DNA from: a virus
Taxonomy: Duplodnaviria > Caudoviricetes
DNA: 61,254 bases
Direction: 5' to 3' (one strand)
Virus record (IMG/VR): IMGVR_UViG_3300032309_001297
Span: 1-61,254 of that record
Shown: in pieces, positions 37,826-48,765 of the stretch
How positions within the stretch are numbered: position 1 is the stretch's first letter
Layout: each line of letters starts with the position of its first letter
Made by a program: the position numbers and the translations under genes
The notes under the pieces: generated by a model
Seen by the model: only the letters and a program-made list of their open reading frames with translations
Told to the model about the DNA's origin: nothing
The model's database searches: none

Positions 37826-38959
37826 ATGAGTAATCTTTGGACCGATGTCGAAGAGCTTGGCACATATGCTGATTCCGACTATGCCTACGAGGCAGTAAAA
37901 ACAGCTTCCTACATGCTTTGGGCTCTATCAGGGCGCAAATTTAGTGGAGTTACAACAGTTACAGAGCGTTATGTGTCCGCTTATGACCCATACCTTCGCA
38001 CAGGGGCTTCACGCCTAACCCATACACCCGTACTAATCGATGGAAAGGTAGAAAACATCGTTAGTAGCGGCTCGGATTCAAGCCATGATTTTATGGGAGA
38101 TGGAACTTCATCATACTCCCGTGTACGCCTGCGTGGTCGCAAAGTAGTTGAGATTCACTCTCTTCGTGACCAAAGCGGAAACATTATTGACCCTCAGACT
38201 TATTACTTGTCTGACCACTCAACCATCTTTGGGACACCAAATGCAAAGTGGTCTTCATCAAACGTAGAAGTTACTTATACATACGGTTCCCCACCACCAA
38301 CAGCAGGTCGTGCTGCTGCTCGTATCCTTGCACTTGAACTTGTAAAACTCTATGAAGGAGATGACACTTGTGCTCTTCCTCAGAGAGTTACATCTGTTGC
38401 TCGTCAAGGAGTTAGCTACACCGTATTAGATAATCAGTCATTCATTGACGAACTTCGTACTGGTATCTACGCAATTGACCTTTTCTTGAAAACAGCCAAC
38501 CCAGATAGGGCTCGTGCTCGTTCTAGAGTTTTCTCACCAGATACACCTCGTGCTCGCAGAATCATTGGAGCAAGTCCATCATTTGAGCTAAGCGCTTATG
38601 ACCTTTACTTCAATACAGAGGGTGGATCAAATATCTATTATCTCAGTGAGTTTGGTGGAGATTTTCTAGAAGATGATGCAGCATGGACTGTCTATGCAGT
38701 CATATCTAACTTTACAAATACAATCTCAAAAACTCTTACAAATGCAGCAGATTTAGACACTGTAGAGGGTACTATTAGACTTAGCGCTAGCTACGCAGAC
38801 ATTCTTTCTGTTCTAGGTCCTCGTGACCCAGGAACTTTAGATTTGTATGCATCTCGACCAAGCTTAGGTAACCCTGCTGTGAACGAAGTAATCAACCTTT
38901 TGAATAGCAACGTTATCTATCAGCTAGGGAATACTCAAAAGCCAATCGCAATAGTCTAA
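37826..38959 (+). CDS. head-to-tail adaptor with C-terminal extension
   Basis: LWALSGRKF, VTYTYG.PPP, C.LPQRVTSVARQGVS, TGI..ID.F. Confidence 0.75.
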   Translation: MSNLWTDVEELGTYADSDYAYEAVKTASYMLWALSGRKFSGVTTVTERYVSAYDPYLRTGASRLTHTPVLIDGKVENIVSSGSDSSHDFMGDGTSSYSRVRLRGRKVVEIHSLRDQSGNIIDPQTYYLSDHSTIFGTPNAKWSSSNVEVTYTYGSPPPTAGRAAARILALELVKLYEGDDTCALPQRVTSVARQGVSYTVLDNQSFIDELRTGIYAIDLFLKTANPDRARARSRVFSPDTPRARRIIGASPSFELSAYDLYFNTEGGSNIYYLSEFGGDFLEDDAAWTVYAVISNFTNTISKTLTNAADLDTVEGTIRLSASYADILSVLGPRDPGTLDLYASRPSLGNPAVNEVINLLNSNVIYQLGNTQKPIAIV

Positions 38960-38978
38960 GACGAATGAAGGAAATGAC

Positions 38979-39485
38979 ATGCCAATAGTGAATGTATCTG
39001 CAGTAGATGATGGAGCTAAAAACTTAGCTCTGTTTCTTCAAGAAGTCCTTAACCGAGTTATCACCTGTTACGGATCATTTGATATGCCATTACCTGCTCG
39101 TCGTTACTGGACTTTTGGTACACCAGCAGTTGACTGCGAACAGCTTGTTGTTTCTATGATTCAAATGTATGTAGGAAGTCCAGGAGACGAAGCAACTGAC
39201 CCTCGCAGATGTAATGACCCTCGTAGCGCTACTTTGAATATTTCTGTTTCTCGCGCAGTTCCTGTATCTCAACAAAACGGTAATCCACCGCCTGCAGATG
39301 ACATTCAAGCTGCTGCTGTGGTATCGGCATATGATGCTTGGGTATTAATGGAAAGCATTCAACAGCTAGATGCATGGGGAGATATGGGTGGCTACGGTCT
39401 TGGGGTTATTGCAACCGTAGATGCGGCTGAGCCAGAAGGCGGATTCTCAACTACTCGTATGACTATCACGATGGCGATTCCATAA
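38979..39485 (+). CDS. putative tail terminator/neck protein
   Basis: Position; DCEQLVV..R.VP..PEGG pattern. Confidence 0.55.
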   Translation: MPIVNVSAVDDGAKNLALFLQEVLNRVITCYGSFDMPLPARRYWTFGTPAVDCEQLVVSMIQMYVGSPGDEATDPRRCNDPRSATLNISVSRAVPVSQQNGNPPPADDIQAAAVVSAYDAWVLMESIQQLDAWGDMGGYGLGVIATVDAAEPEGGFSTTRMTITMAIP

Positions 39486-39868
39486 TGCCAACTGTAGTCT
39501 TTCGTGAACCAGCATTTAGTAAGTATAAAAACTCTCCTAGTGGGGATGTTGGTAGGTATTTAGCTAAAAAAGGTTTACTAATTACTGCTGCCGCTAAACG
39601 CCAAGTAGGAGTAAATACTGGAGCACTTCGTGCATCAATTCATATGAGGCATTTTGGCGACACACGAGGACAATATGTTCGGATTGGCTCGTCTTTGCCT
39701 TATGCAAGGCTCCATCACGAGGGAACTAGACCTCATTTAATTAGACCTAACACAAAACAAGTTCTGAAATTTGTCACTAGAGGGCAATTGGTCATTACAC
39801 ACTTGGTGAGACACCCTGGTACAAGGCCAAATCGCTACCTAACAGACAATCTCAGGTTGGTAAAATAA
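39485..39868 (+). CDS. HK97 gp10-like neck protein
   Basis: VNTGALRASI, YARLHHEGT.PH.I.P, HPGT.PN.YL. Confidence 0.75.
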   Translation: MPTVVFREPAFSKYKNSPSGDVGRYLAKKGLLITAAAKRQVGVNTGALRASIHMRHFGDTRGQYVRIGSSLPYARLHHEGTRPHLIRPNTKQVLKFVTRGQLVITHLVRHPGTRPNRYLTDNLRLVK

Positions 39869-39924
39869 GCAGGAATGATTTATTACAACAGTGATAAATC
39901 AAAGACACAAGATAAGGAAAAAAC

Positions 39925-40275
39925 ATGACAAATAGATTCAAGGACTTTGGGTCGGGTGGAGATGTAAATACCGCCCCCCTCTCGTTCAAAATTCATGGTG
40001 AGGAGTTTCATTGTCGTCCGACAATTCAAGGTAAATCTCTCCTCAACATCGTAGCCAATACCGATATTAATGACGGTATGGGTATGGCTAAAGTAATCAA
40101 TGATTTCTTCGAAGTTTGTTTACTAGAAGAAAGCTTTACGCGTTTTGAGTCCCTTCTAACAAATCCAGACAAAATTGTCTCGGTCGAGACCTTGGGTGAA
40201 ATTACCGCATGGCTCGTAGAGGAGTATTCAAGCCGCCCTACGCCGCAGCCAGAGCCTTCCTTGAGTGGGCAGTAG
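39925..40275 (+). CDS. tail assembly chaperone (G-like)
   Basis: Upstream of tape measure; ends WLVEEYSSRPT. Confidence 0.75.
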   Translation: MTNRFKDFGSGGDVNTAPLSFKIHGEEFHCRPTIQGKSLLNIVANTDINDGMGMAKVINDFFEVCLLEESFTRFESLLTNPDKIVSVETLGEITAWLVEEYSSRPTPQPEPSLSGQ

Positions 40276-40676
40276 ATCTCTGGCCTTACGTTAATGGGAA
40301 AGCAATTATGAGTGGACTAAGACTAGCTGAGATGGAGGCTTCAGACATGTGTGATGTTTTGCATTACTTCATGGAAGAAGACCTATCCGCATCTACTGCT
40401 GAACAAGCAGAAGCCAAGTCTGAAGCTCGTTCTGTGATCTATAGAACGTTGTATGGAAAAACTTATAAATATGCAATGAGCAAGTCATCAAGTAGTGGAA
40501 GTTCTTCTTACGCTGCTGATGGAAGTTCGCTCCCAGATGGTGGATTTTATGGTGACTTAGATGTTGAGCCATTTGATCCAACAAGAAACGTACAAAAACC
40601 TTATATCCCGCCAACAGAGTTAGACGAAGACAGTTACCTGCCTTTCGGAAAAACTCTAGACGCACCATTAAATTAA
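40236..40676 (+). CDS. tail assembly chaperone extension (T-like), probably reached by -1 frameshift
   Basis: Overlapping -1 frame ORF without clear RBS. Confidence 0.65.
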   Translation, partial: PYAAARAFLEWAVDLWPYVNGKAIMSGLRLAEMEASDMCDVLHYFMEEDLSASTAEQAEAKSEARSVIYRTLYGKTYKYAMSKSSSSGSSSYAADGSSLPDGGFYGDLDVEPFDPTRNVQKPYIPPTELDEDSYLPFGKTLDAPLN

Positions 40677-40703
40677 CTATAAATACGAAGGAGGTGAGAG
40701 CGC

Positions 40704-43700
40704 ATGGCTGTTGTAGGTGATGCTTATATTGTCGTACGCGCTCTCACCAACCGTATTGATAGTGATATTAGAAATGGTTTTAGAGGCACGGACAGAATTG
40801 GTGAAGAAGAAGGAAAGAAAATTGGTGATTCTTTCAGTAGAGGTTTAAGCTCTGCTGGAGGAAACTCTAGTGTATTCAGTGCAAAATTTCTTAATGAAGC
40901 AGAGCAAGCAAGGCAGGGATTTAATAAGCTAATCCAAACTGGTTATTTCTTAGGACCAGCTCTAGCAAGTGTTGCTGGTGCTGTTGGTTCCTTAGGTGCA
41001 TCTCTTGTCACTCTTGTATCTGTATTAGGAGCTGCTGCTCCTGCAGCAATTGTTTTGGTTGGGGCATTAACTGCTGTAGCCCAAGCTGCAATTGTAGCTA
41101 AAATAGCCTTTGCTGGAGTTGGAAAAGCTATTGGAGCTGGTCTAAAAGCTGCAAAAGGTTCTGCAAAAGATACAGATGCACTAGCAGATGCAATCCGACG
41201 TACTGAAGATGCAAATCGGAGATACTTTAGACTTCTTAATGAAGGTAGACCAGAGCTTTTAATACAACTTACTGAACGTCAAAAAGACGCAGAAGATGCT
41301 CTTGCTAATTCAAAAATCTCAGCTACAAGAGCTGAGCGAACATACAAAGAGTCTCAAGAAAAAACTAAAAAAGCTATTGAGAATCTTAATAAAGCTCGTG
41401 AAGATGCAAAAGAAAAACTCCAACAACTTCGTTTTGAAGTTGAAGGCGGTGCTATCTCTGAGAAGAAAGCTCGCCTTGAGTTTGAAAAAGCCCGTGACTC
41501 ACTCCAGCGTGTTCAAGATCTTCCACCAAACTCTCGCGCTCGTCAAGAAGCAGAGCTTGCTTTTGCTGAAGCTGACCTAAACCTTCGCAAAGCAATTGAC
41601 AAAAACAAAGATCTTAAAGCAGAAGAGAAAAAAGCTACTGCTGCTGGTGTTGAAGGTGCTCAAGCAGTTAAAGATGCAGTGCTTTCACGGCGTGATGCAG
41701 TTAACGCTGAGGCTGACGCATTAATTAATAGCAAACAGGCTAAAAAGGGTGTACTTGATGCAGAAAAAGCTCTTGCTGAAGCGACAGCGGAAGCTGGTAA
41801 TAATCCAAATGTTCAAAGCAAAGCACTACGAGACTTTGACAGACAAGTAGCTGACGCAAAGCGTGCTGTAGAAGATGCAAAAAGAGATGAAGCAAAGGCT
41901 CGAAAAGGCTCGGGAACTGATGCTTATGCAGATGCCTTAGCTGGTTTATCTCCTGAGGCTAAAGCTTTTGTTAAATATATTGTTAGCCTTAAAGGTGCGT
42001 TTGAAAGATTAAAAGCTGCTGCTGGTAAAGATTTATTCCCTAAACTAACAACAGCAATAAAAAATCTTGTTACATAGGGCAACTTAAAAGTATTTGATGG
42101 ATTGCTTCAGGGAACTGGATCAGCTATTGGTGATGTCGCAATTGAGATTTCAAAGGCTGTAACAGAGACAGAAAACTTTAAAGCTCTTCAAAGTGTTTGG
42201 AAAACTAACGACAGACTTATCAGAAAACTTGGTAAAGCTTCTGGAAACCTTTATGGTGCATTCATCAATCTTCTTGATGCTGCTGGACCTCTCATTGATA
42301 AGTTTGGTGACTGGATTGTAAAAGTCACAGAAACTTGGGAACAGACAGTAAAGGCAAAAAAAGCTACTGGTGAACTTACCGATAACTTTAATAAAGCTGG
42401 AAAAGTTGCAGGTCGAATTGGTGGAATTTTAAAGAATTACTTCAAGGGTTTCCAAGAAATTGGAAAAGCCGTAATGAACGGTGGTGCTGGAGAGCGTCTC
42501 CTTAAGTACTTTGAAGATGCTAGTAAGCGCTTTGCTGACCTTATGAAGCAAATGAATGGAGATGGCTCTCTCGGTAAGTACTTTGATAAGGCTACGGAAA
42601 ATGGTCTAAAAGTACTTGACCTTCTTGTAAACATTGTTGCAGAGCTATTAAAACTTGGTGATGATAAAGGTGTTGGAGGGTTTGTTGACTCATTAAGTAG
42701 AGCTGTAGACACATTTGGAGGAATTGGTGCAACTCTTACTGATGCTGGTCCTTCATTAGGTCTTTTTGTTGAAGAATTTGCCAAGCTTATTAAGAACCTC
42801 ACGGAGAGCGGTTCTATAGATACATTTTTTAAAATCCTAACCAGTGCTCTAAAAATCTTAAATAAAATATTTGGAAACGAACAAGTTCAAGCAGTTATTA
42901 AATTTATAGCTCCAATCTTTGCTATAACACGAGCTTTTGGTCTTATGTTTAAAGTTTCCAAGTTTGTTACTTTAGGCATAGCTGGAAACTTTATGGCACC
43001 GTTCAGAGCAGTCGGTAAGTTTAAAAAAGCTTTAGCTCCAGGCGGTTCTTTTGATGGACTTCGGCTTAAAGCTATGTATGCCATGGACTCCATTAAATCT
43101 GGTTTTGGGAAACTAAAAACTGCTGCTAGTACAGCAAAAACTAATATTGCAAGTGCACTAACAACTGCTGGGCAAGGTATTAAAGCTGGCGCAACAAAAG
43201 GTTTTGACGCTCTTAAATCAGGATTCTCAACATTAGGAAATGCTGCAAAAACCGCTGCTATGGCAGTTGGAAATGCCTTAAAGAAGATAGTGCTTGCTGT
43301 AGGACGAGCTTTGATGGCTATCGGTCGTGCTTTGATGGCTAACCCATGGATTCTTATTATTATTGCAATAGTCGCTCTTGTTATTATCATCGTTAAAAAC
43401 TGGGACAAGATTAAAGAAGTTGTTGGAGCAGCGGTTGAATGGATTGGTGAAAAAGTAGGAGCAGCTTGGGACTGGATTAAAGAGAAAACCTCTGGAGTCC
43501 TTAGTGCAGTTGTTACCTTCTTTACGGAGCTTCCAGGAAAACTATTAACTGCTATTCAAGGTTTAGCTACTACAGTTTTAGAATTCATTGTTAAATATCA
43601 CCCACTTGCTATTCTTTGGAGACTTATATCTGAGAACTGGGAGTCAATCAAAACTTGGTTTGGTAGTTTAGGTGGGAAGATTAAAGACGCTATTGTCGGT

Positions 43701-44417
43701 CTATCCACAACAGTTTCTGAATTTATTTACAAGTATCACCCAATTCTTATTCTTTGGAGACTTGTTACCGAAAACTGGGAAAAGATTAAGACTTGGTTTA
43801 CTGGTCTTCCTACAAAAATTAAAGATGCACTTGTTGGGCTTTCCACAACTGTCTCTGAGTTCATTACTAAATACAACCCAATAACTCTTCTAAAGAAAGC
43901 TGTAGAAGGCGTATGGCCTACTGTATCTTCCTTTATTACATCAAAGCTTGACTCTATTGTCACATTTATTAAGGGTCTTCCTGCAAAAATTGCATCTGCT
44001 GCAAGTGGAATGTTTAACGGATTAAAAGATGCCTTTAAGGGTGCAATCAACTTTATTATTGACAAGTGGAACGGTCTATCTTTTACACTCCCAAGCGCTA
44101 CAGTATTTGGTAAGAAAATTGGAGGATTTACACTTTCAACTCCTGACATTCCAAGACTTGCTATGGGTGGAGTTGTTATGCCTAGTGCTGGTGGAACCCT
44201 TGCCACAATTGGTGAAGCAGGTCGTCCAGAGCGTGTAGAGCCTCTTGATCCAGATGGTTTGTCAAAGCGTGACAAAGCAATTATCTCTATGCTTGCTGGT
44301 AATGGTGCAGGTGGAGCAACTATCAATGTCTATCCATCAGCAGGAATGAACGAGCGTGAGCTTGCAAATCTTGTTTCCAAGCAACTTGCCTACCAGATGA
44401 GAAAGGGTGCTGCATAA
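40704..44417 (+). CDS. tape measure protein, interrupted by in-frame TAG at 42075-42077
   Basis: ORFs 40704-42077 and 42102-44417 share a frame with 8 sense codons between; helical A/K-rich, NW..IK repeats, IPRLAMGG..GEAGRPE end. Confidence 0.85.
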
Positions 44418-44418
44418 A

Positions 44419-46743
44419 ATGGCTAATCAAGCGCAGGAAAATAATTTTGTAGACCGTGGGTTAATTCCGCTTCCACAGCCACACCTAACTGGCATGAAGC
44501 TTCAAGCCAATATCATTCTTGGCGAATTTATTTTTAACACTATCGATGAGTATGGCGTCACTTGGGTCATAACAAATATCGATGGATGGTGGCGTCATCC
44601 ATCACCAGAAATGCCAGATATCCCTCGTGGTTTTGGTGATGGTTCATACGATGTTCAAGGACGCTATAGCGCAAGAAACTTCACTCTTGAAGGAGTATTT
44701 CTCACTCCAAACCCTTCTTTAGTGGAAGCAGCTCGTGACCGTTTAGTTGATGCTACAAACCTTGTATATCGAGGTGTATGGCTAAAGACTGGTAATGACC
44801 CAATTCGTGCTTCTTTTGTTCGTCTCGGTGGGGATGTAAATATTGACACTGTTAACGCAAGAGGACGCACCGAATTCTCTATCTCTCTTCGTGCTGCAGA
44901 CCCAATTAAATACTCTTGGAATGATACAAACGAAGATGGTTATGACACTGTTGACATTCCAGTTAAGAATTTAACTTTAGGTTATACAGGTTCAGGAATT
45001 GTGACAAACGTTGGAAACTACAACGTTCCTTGCTATTTAGAAGTTACTGGTCCTTTTATAGGTCCAGGTCGAATATTTAACAGAACTACAGAACAACTTA
45101 TTCTTCTCACTCAGGGTTTAAAAGGCAGTATTGTTAACTCTATAATTAACAAGCAGTTGATTTTTAATGTAGACACGCTAGAAGATGTAGCAACTTTAAC
45201 TACCACTACTTCTCATAGATTTACAGTAGGAAATAGCATTTTTGTCTCTGGGCTAGGTTCTCCATTTGATGGTGAGCACATCGTCACTTCAATCCCTACA
45301 GACACCACTTTTACTTACGTTGCTGGTGCGGCATCTATTAGGTCTATATCACACAAAGCTCTTAATTCAAGCGTAGCTACAATTGAGACAACAGCTGCTC
45401 ATGGGTTTACAACTGGTCAACAAGTATTGATCAACGGCGTAGATGCATTGTTTGATGGAACATACACAATTGCCTCAACACCAACTTCAAGCAAGTTTAC
45501 TTATGCAAAGACCCGTGTCCCGCCTAGAACAATTACGGCTAAGGTGCTTGTTTCAAACATTGCAACCTTAACTACATCTGACGCTCATCAATTTATTATT
45601 GGCGAGCAGGTAACTGTTGCTGGAGTAGATGTTAACTTCAATGGCACATACGCAGTTGTTGCTACACCATCTGCAACTGAGTTTAGCTATGCAGCCACTC
45701 GTACTAACGCTCGCTCCGTAATTAACAAGTCTATGGCTGCAGATGTTGTCACATTGACAACTACGGTTCCACATGGTTTTGTGCCTAATGAAATAGTCAA
45801 CATTTCTAATATTGACCTATCTCTTAATGGTGGGTATACCATTACAGCAACTCCAGCTTCAACAACTTTTTCATACAAGCGTCCTCGCGGTACTCAAAAA
45901 AATATCTCAGTAAAAGCTATCTCTTCTAATACAGCTACTCTTACAACTTCAGAGCCTCACGGTTTTGTAGTGGGGGAGAAGGTTGTTGTAGAAAACGTAG
46001 ATTCAACATTTAATGGAACCTACACGATTACTAGCCTTCCAAGTAATTCAACATTTACTTATGCAAAAACCGCTACTGACTTAATTGCTACAACAGTCAC
46101 AGATGCAACTGTAAGAGCTGGAAGCCGTCAGATTAAGTCTCGTCAGTTGGTAGGTAACACCGTAACTATTACAACTGTAAGCACCCATGGTGCAATCCTT
46201 GGAGAGCAAGTAACAATTACAGGTGTTGGTTCCCCATTTGATGGAACCTATACAGTTACATCAATTCCAACAAATACCAGCTTTACATATGCAAAAACAG
46301 ATACAAACGTTGCTTTAGCAGATGTTGCAGGTGCTTTTGTAGAAATGCCAGGAACTATTACATCAACTGGTGTATCACCAGATGGTCTTGCCTCCGTTGC
46401 AGGCTCTCTTGTATTCCAAGCAGCTACTGGAACAGCGAGTGTTTCTGACACAATTGCAAGAATTGCAGCTTCTGGAAAAGCAATCAAAACTAACAACGTA
46501 ACCTTCACTCCAGGTATTAGTGGAGCAACAGCAGTTCTTCAAGCAGATATTCTTGAGATTGATACTCAAAACAGAGAAGTTGCTTTTAACGGAGAGCTAG
46601 AAGGTGCAAGAGGTAGAGTTGATGTTCTTGCTGACTTTATCAAACTCGCTCCAGGAAACAACGAAATTGAGTTTGAAGACACTGGTGCTCCAGAAGGAAC
46701 AGCAAGTCTTCGAGTATATTATCGCTCTGGATGGCTTGGATAA
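44419..46743 (+). CDS. distal tail (Dit-like) protein with six inserted beta-rich repeats
   Basis: Follows tape measure; GWW, A.DPIKY, N.GN, LAPG.N, YRSGW; six T..H....G..V....G repeats. Confidence 0.75.
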   Translation: MANQAQENNFVDRGLIPLPQPHLTGMKLQANIILGEFIFNTIDEYGVTWVITNIDGWWRHPSPEMPDIPRGFGDGSYDVQGRYSARNFTLEGVFLTPNPSLVEAARDRLVDATNLVYRGVWLKTGNDPIRASFVRLGGDVNIDTVNARGRTEFSISLRAADPIKYSWNDTNEDGYDTVDIPVKNLTLGYTGSGIVTNVGNYNVPCYLEVTGPFIGPGRIFNRTTEQLILLTQGLKGSIVNSIINKQLIFNVDTLEDVATLTTTTSHRFTVGNSIFVSGLGSPFDGEHIVTSIPTDTTFTYVAGAASIRSISHKALNSSVATIETTAAHGFTTGQQVLINGVDALFDGTYTIASTPTSSKFTYAKTRVPPRTITAKVLVSNIATLTTSDAHQFIIGEQVTVAGVDVNFNGTYAVVATPSATEFSYAATRTNARSVINKSMAADVVTLTTTVPHGFVPNEIVNISNIDLSLNGGYTITATPASTTFSYKRPRGTQKNISVKAISSNTATLTTSEPHGFVVGEKVVVENVDSTFNGTYTITSLPSNSTFTYAKTATDLIATTVTDATVRAGSRQIKSRQLVGNTVTITTVSTHGAILGEQVTITGVGSPFDGTYTVTSIPTNTSFTYAKTDTNVALADVAGAFVEMPGTITSTGVSPDGLASVAGSLVFQAATGTASVSDTIARIAASGKAIKTNNVTFTPGISGATAVLQADILEIDTQNREVAFNGELEGARGRVDVLADFIKLAPGNNEIEFEDTGAPEGTASLRVYYRSGWLG

Positions 46744-46770
46744 TGAAACGACATAGACAGGACGAAAAAT

Positions 46771-48765
46771 ATGGCTCTTCAAACATCTGTTGAATATAGA
46801 TATTTTCTAACAGACCTTCTTACTAACTCTGTTATTTCTGAAATTCCTTTTAAAGGAGTCTCTTATCAGCGTGTAAATCGTCGTGCTGGAGAGTTCTCTG
46901 GGGATATACCTTTCATTGAGGCAACAAAAGGTTTAGATATTTACGAAGCAACAATGCCTGGAAGAACTGGCTTGTATGTTATGCGTAATCAAGTCTGTGT
47001 GTGGGGTGGAATTATTTGGTCACGCTCTTATAGCGTAGAAAGCAAAACTCTCTCTGTAAGCGCTTCAGAATTCACAAGTTATTTTTATCATCGAAACCTT
47101 TGGCAGACTCTTCAGTATGGTTCTGAGTTTATTGGTATTGCTTCTTATGCTGTATCTGGTGGAGTAGGAACTATTACAACAGAAGTTCCTCATGGGTTTG
47201 TTGTTGGTCAAAAGGTAAAAATTACTTTTACCAGCCCTATTGTTGACGGTGTTCAAACAATTACAGCTGTTCCTGCAGCAAATCAATATCGATTTACAAC
47301 AGCTTCTGCTAACGGTTCTGGACCAAGTACAAGTGGAGCTTGTAGAAGCTTGGTTGATACCTATGACTTTGCACGAGATTTGGTTTATAGGGTTGCAACT
47401 GATTTGGGTGGAATTAATTTTGCTAATGAAGTCATTAAGCCAGCTAAAGAACTACAAGGCTCTGTCATCTCAAAGCGTCGCTCAGCTGGTATTGTAACTC
47501 TACGAACAGCATCTGCACACGAGGCAGTGCCAGGTCAAGAAATTGAAGTTGTAGAGGTCGGCTCTGGCTTAGATGGTCTTCACGTTATTACAGAGATCCC
47601 AGACTCCACGACTGTCCGCTATGAATTACCAGGTGCTGACCTTGCTGAAGCTTCTCTTTCAGGGATTCGCTCTCTTAACGTTGTTCAAAAGCAGCTTGTA
47701 GATAATGTAGCAACTATTACTTTAGACCGTGCTCACGGTGCTGCTGTAGGGCAAACTGTTATCTTAGATGGTGTCGATGCTTTCTATACTGGAAGATTAG
47801 ATACAACATTTAATGGTCGGTTTACTATTACAGGAATTCCATCTGCAACAAGTTTTACTTTTGTCTCTGGGGGAATCCTTAACGTAGGCGCAAGTGCAGT
47901 TGCTGGTGGTATCGCAACATTTGGTTCAAAATTTATTTACGGAGACTTTGGAAGCTTTACTTCAAATGCTGATATTGGCATTCTTTTTGAGAACCTAACG
48001 CAAAGCGGTTCCTATCAAGACACTCAAATATTTCGTGGATTTGAACAGAGAAGCGTTGGTGAAGTTCTAGAAACCTACTCAAATACTGTTGAAGGTGGAT
48101 TTGAGTACCGTGTTGACTGTGACTATGACTTTGATACTGCCCAGTTCACTCGTACTTTTAAGATTCTCCCAATTGATCGCTCAGAATCCCCTGCAGGTAC
48201 TGTTTATACAGCAGAAGAACTTGGCGCTGATCAAATTGTTTTTGAATATCCAGGTAATATTTCTACTTTTAGTATTGAAGAAAGTGCCGAAGATGCTGCA
48301 ACTAGATTTTTTGTTGTTGGAAGCATTGAAGATTTAAATGATGCTGCAAGTCAGCCATATGCAGGTGCTTCGGCTAAAGACCTTCTTGATAATAAAACTG
48401 GAAGAAGTTGGCCTATTCTTGATCAAGTAGAAACACTTGATAAAATTGAAGATGAGCTTACCCTTTACAGTTATGCAAAAGATTATCTTTATGAATCAAG
48501 ACCACCTATTGGTAAATACAGCATTACTGTAAACGGCTCTCTTGCTCCAATTATCGGCTCATACTTTCCAGGTGAGTGGTGCTCAATCATTATTGATGAC
48601 GAGTTTGTTCGTCAGCGTTTGGCTAACGACCAAGAACCAAGAGATGACATCTTGATTAGGAAGATTGGGTCCTACACAGTGACTGTTCCTGACAGTCCTA
48701 CATTCCCAGAATCAGTACAATTAGAGCTAGTGACGGATTGGAAGGTCGATCAAAGTGGCAACTAG
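46771..48765 (+). CDS. baseplate hub/minor tail protein with three beta-rich repeats
   Basis: YRY..TDL, VWGGIIWSR, GFEY, FEYPGNI motifs. Confidence 0.7.
   Translation: MALQTSVEYRYFLTDLLTNSVISEIPFKGVSYQRVNRRAGEFSGDIPFIEATKGLDIYEATMPGRTGLYVMRNQVCVWGGIIWSRSYSVESKTLSVSASEFTSYFYHRNLWQTLQYGSEFIGIASYAVSGGVGTITTEVPHGFVVGQKVKITFTSPIVDGVQTITAVPAANQYRFTTASANGSGPSTSGACRSLVDTYDFARDLVYRVATDLGGINFANEVIKPAKELQGSVISKRRSAGIVTLRTASAHEAVPGQEIEVVEVGSGLDGLHVITEIPDSTTVRYELPGADLAEASLSGIRSLNVVQKQLVDNVATITLDRAHGAAVGQTVILDGVDAFYTGRLDTTFNGRFTITGIPSATSFTFVSGGILNVGASAVAGGIATFGSKFIYGDFGSFTSNADIGILFENLTQSGSYQDTQIFRGFEQRSVGEVLETYSNTVEGGFEYRVDCDYDFDTAQFTRTFKILPIDRSESPAGTVYTAEELGADQIVFEYPGNISTFSIEESAEDAATRFFVVGSIEDLNDAASQPYAGASAKDLLDNKTGRSWPILDQVETLDKIEDELTLYSYAKDYLYESRPPIGKYSITVNGSLAPIIGSYFPGEWCSIIIDDEFVRQRLANDQEPRDDILIRKIGSYTVTVPDSPTFPESVQLELVTDWKVDQSGN

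Noticed and set aside
42078-42101. Intron or intein explaining the split tape measure or PolA genes
   Set aside because: There is no inserted sequence; both frames continue directly after a single stop codon.
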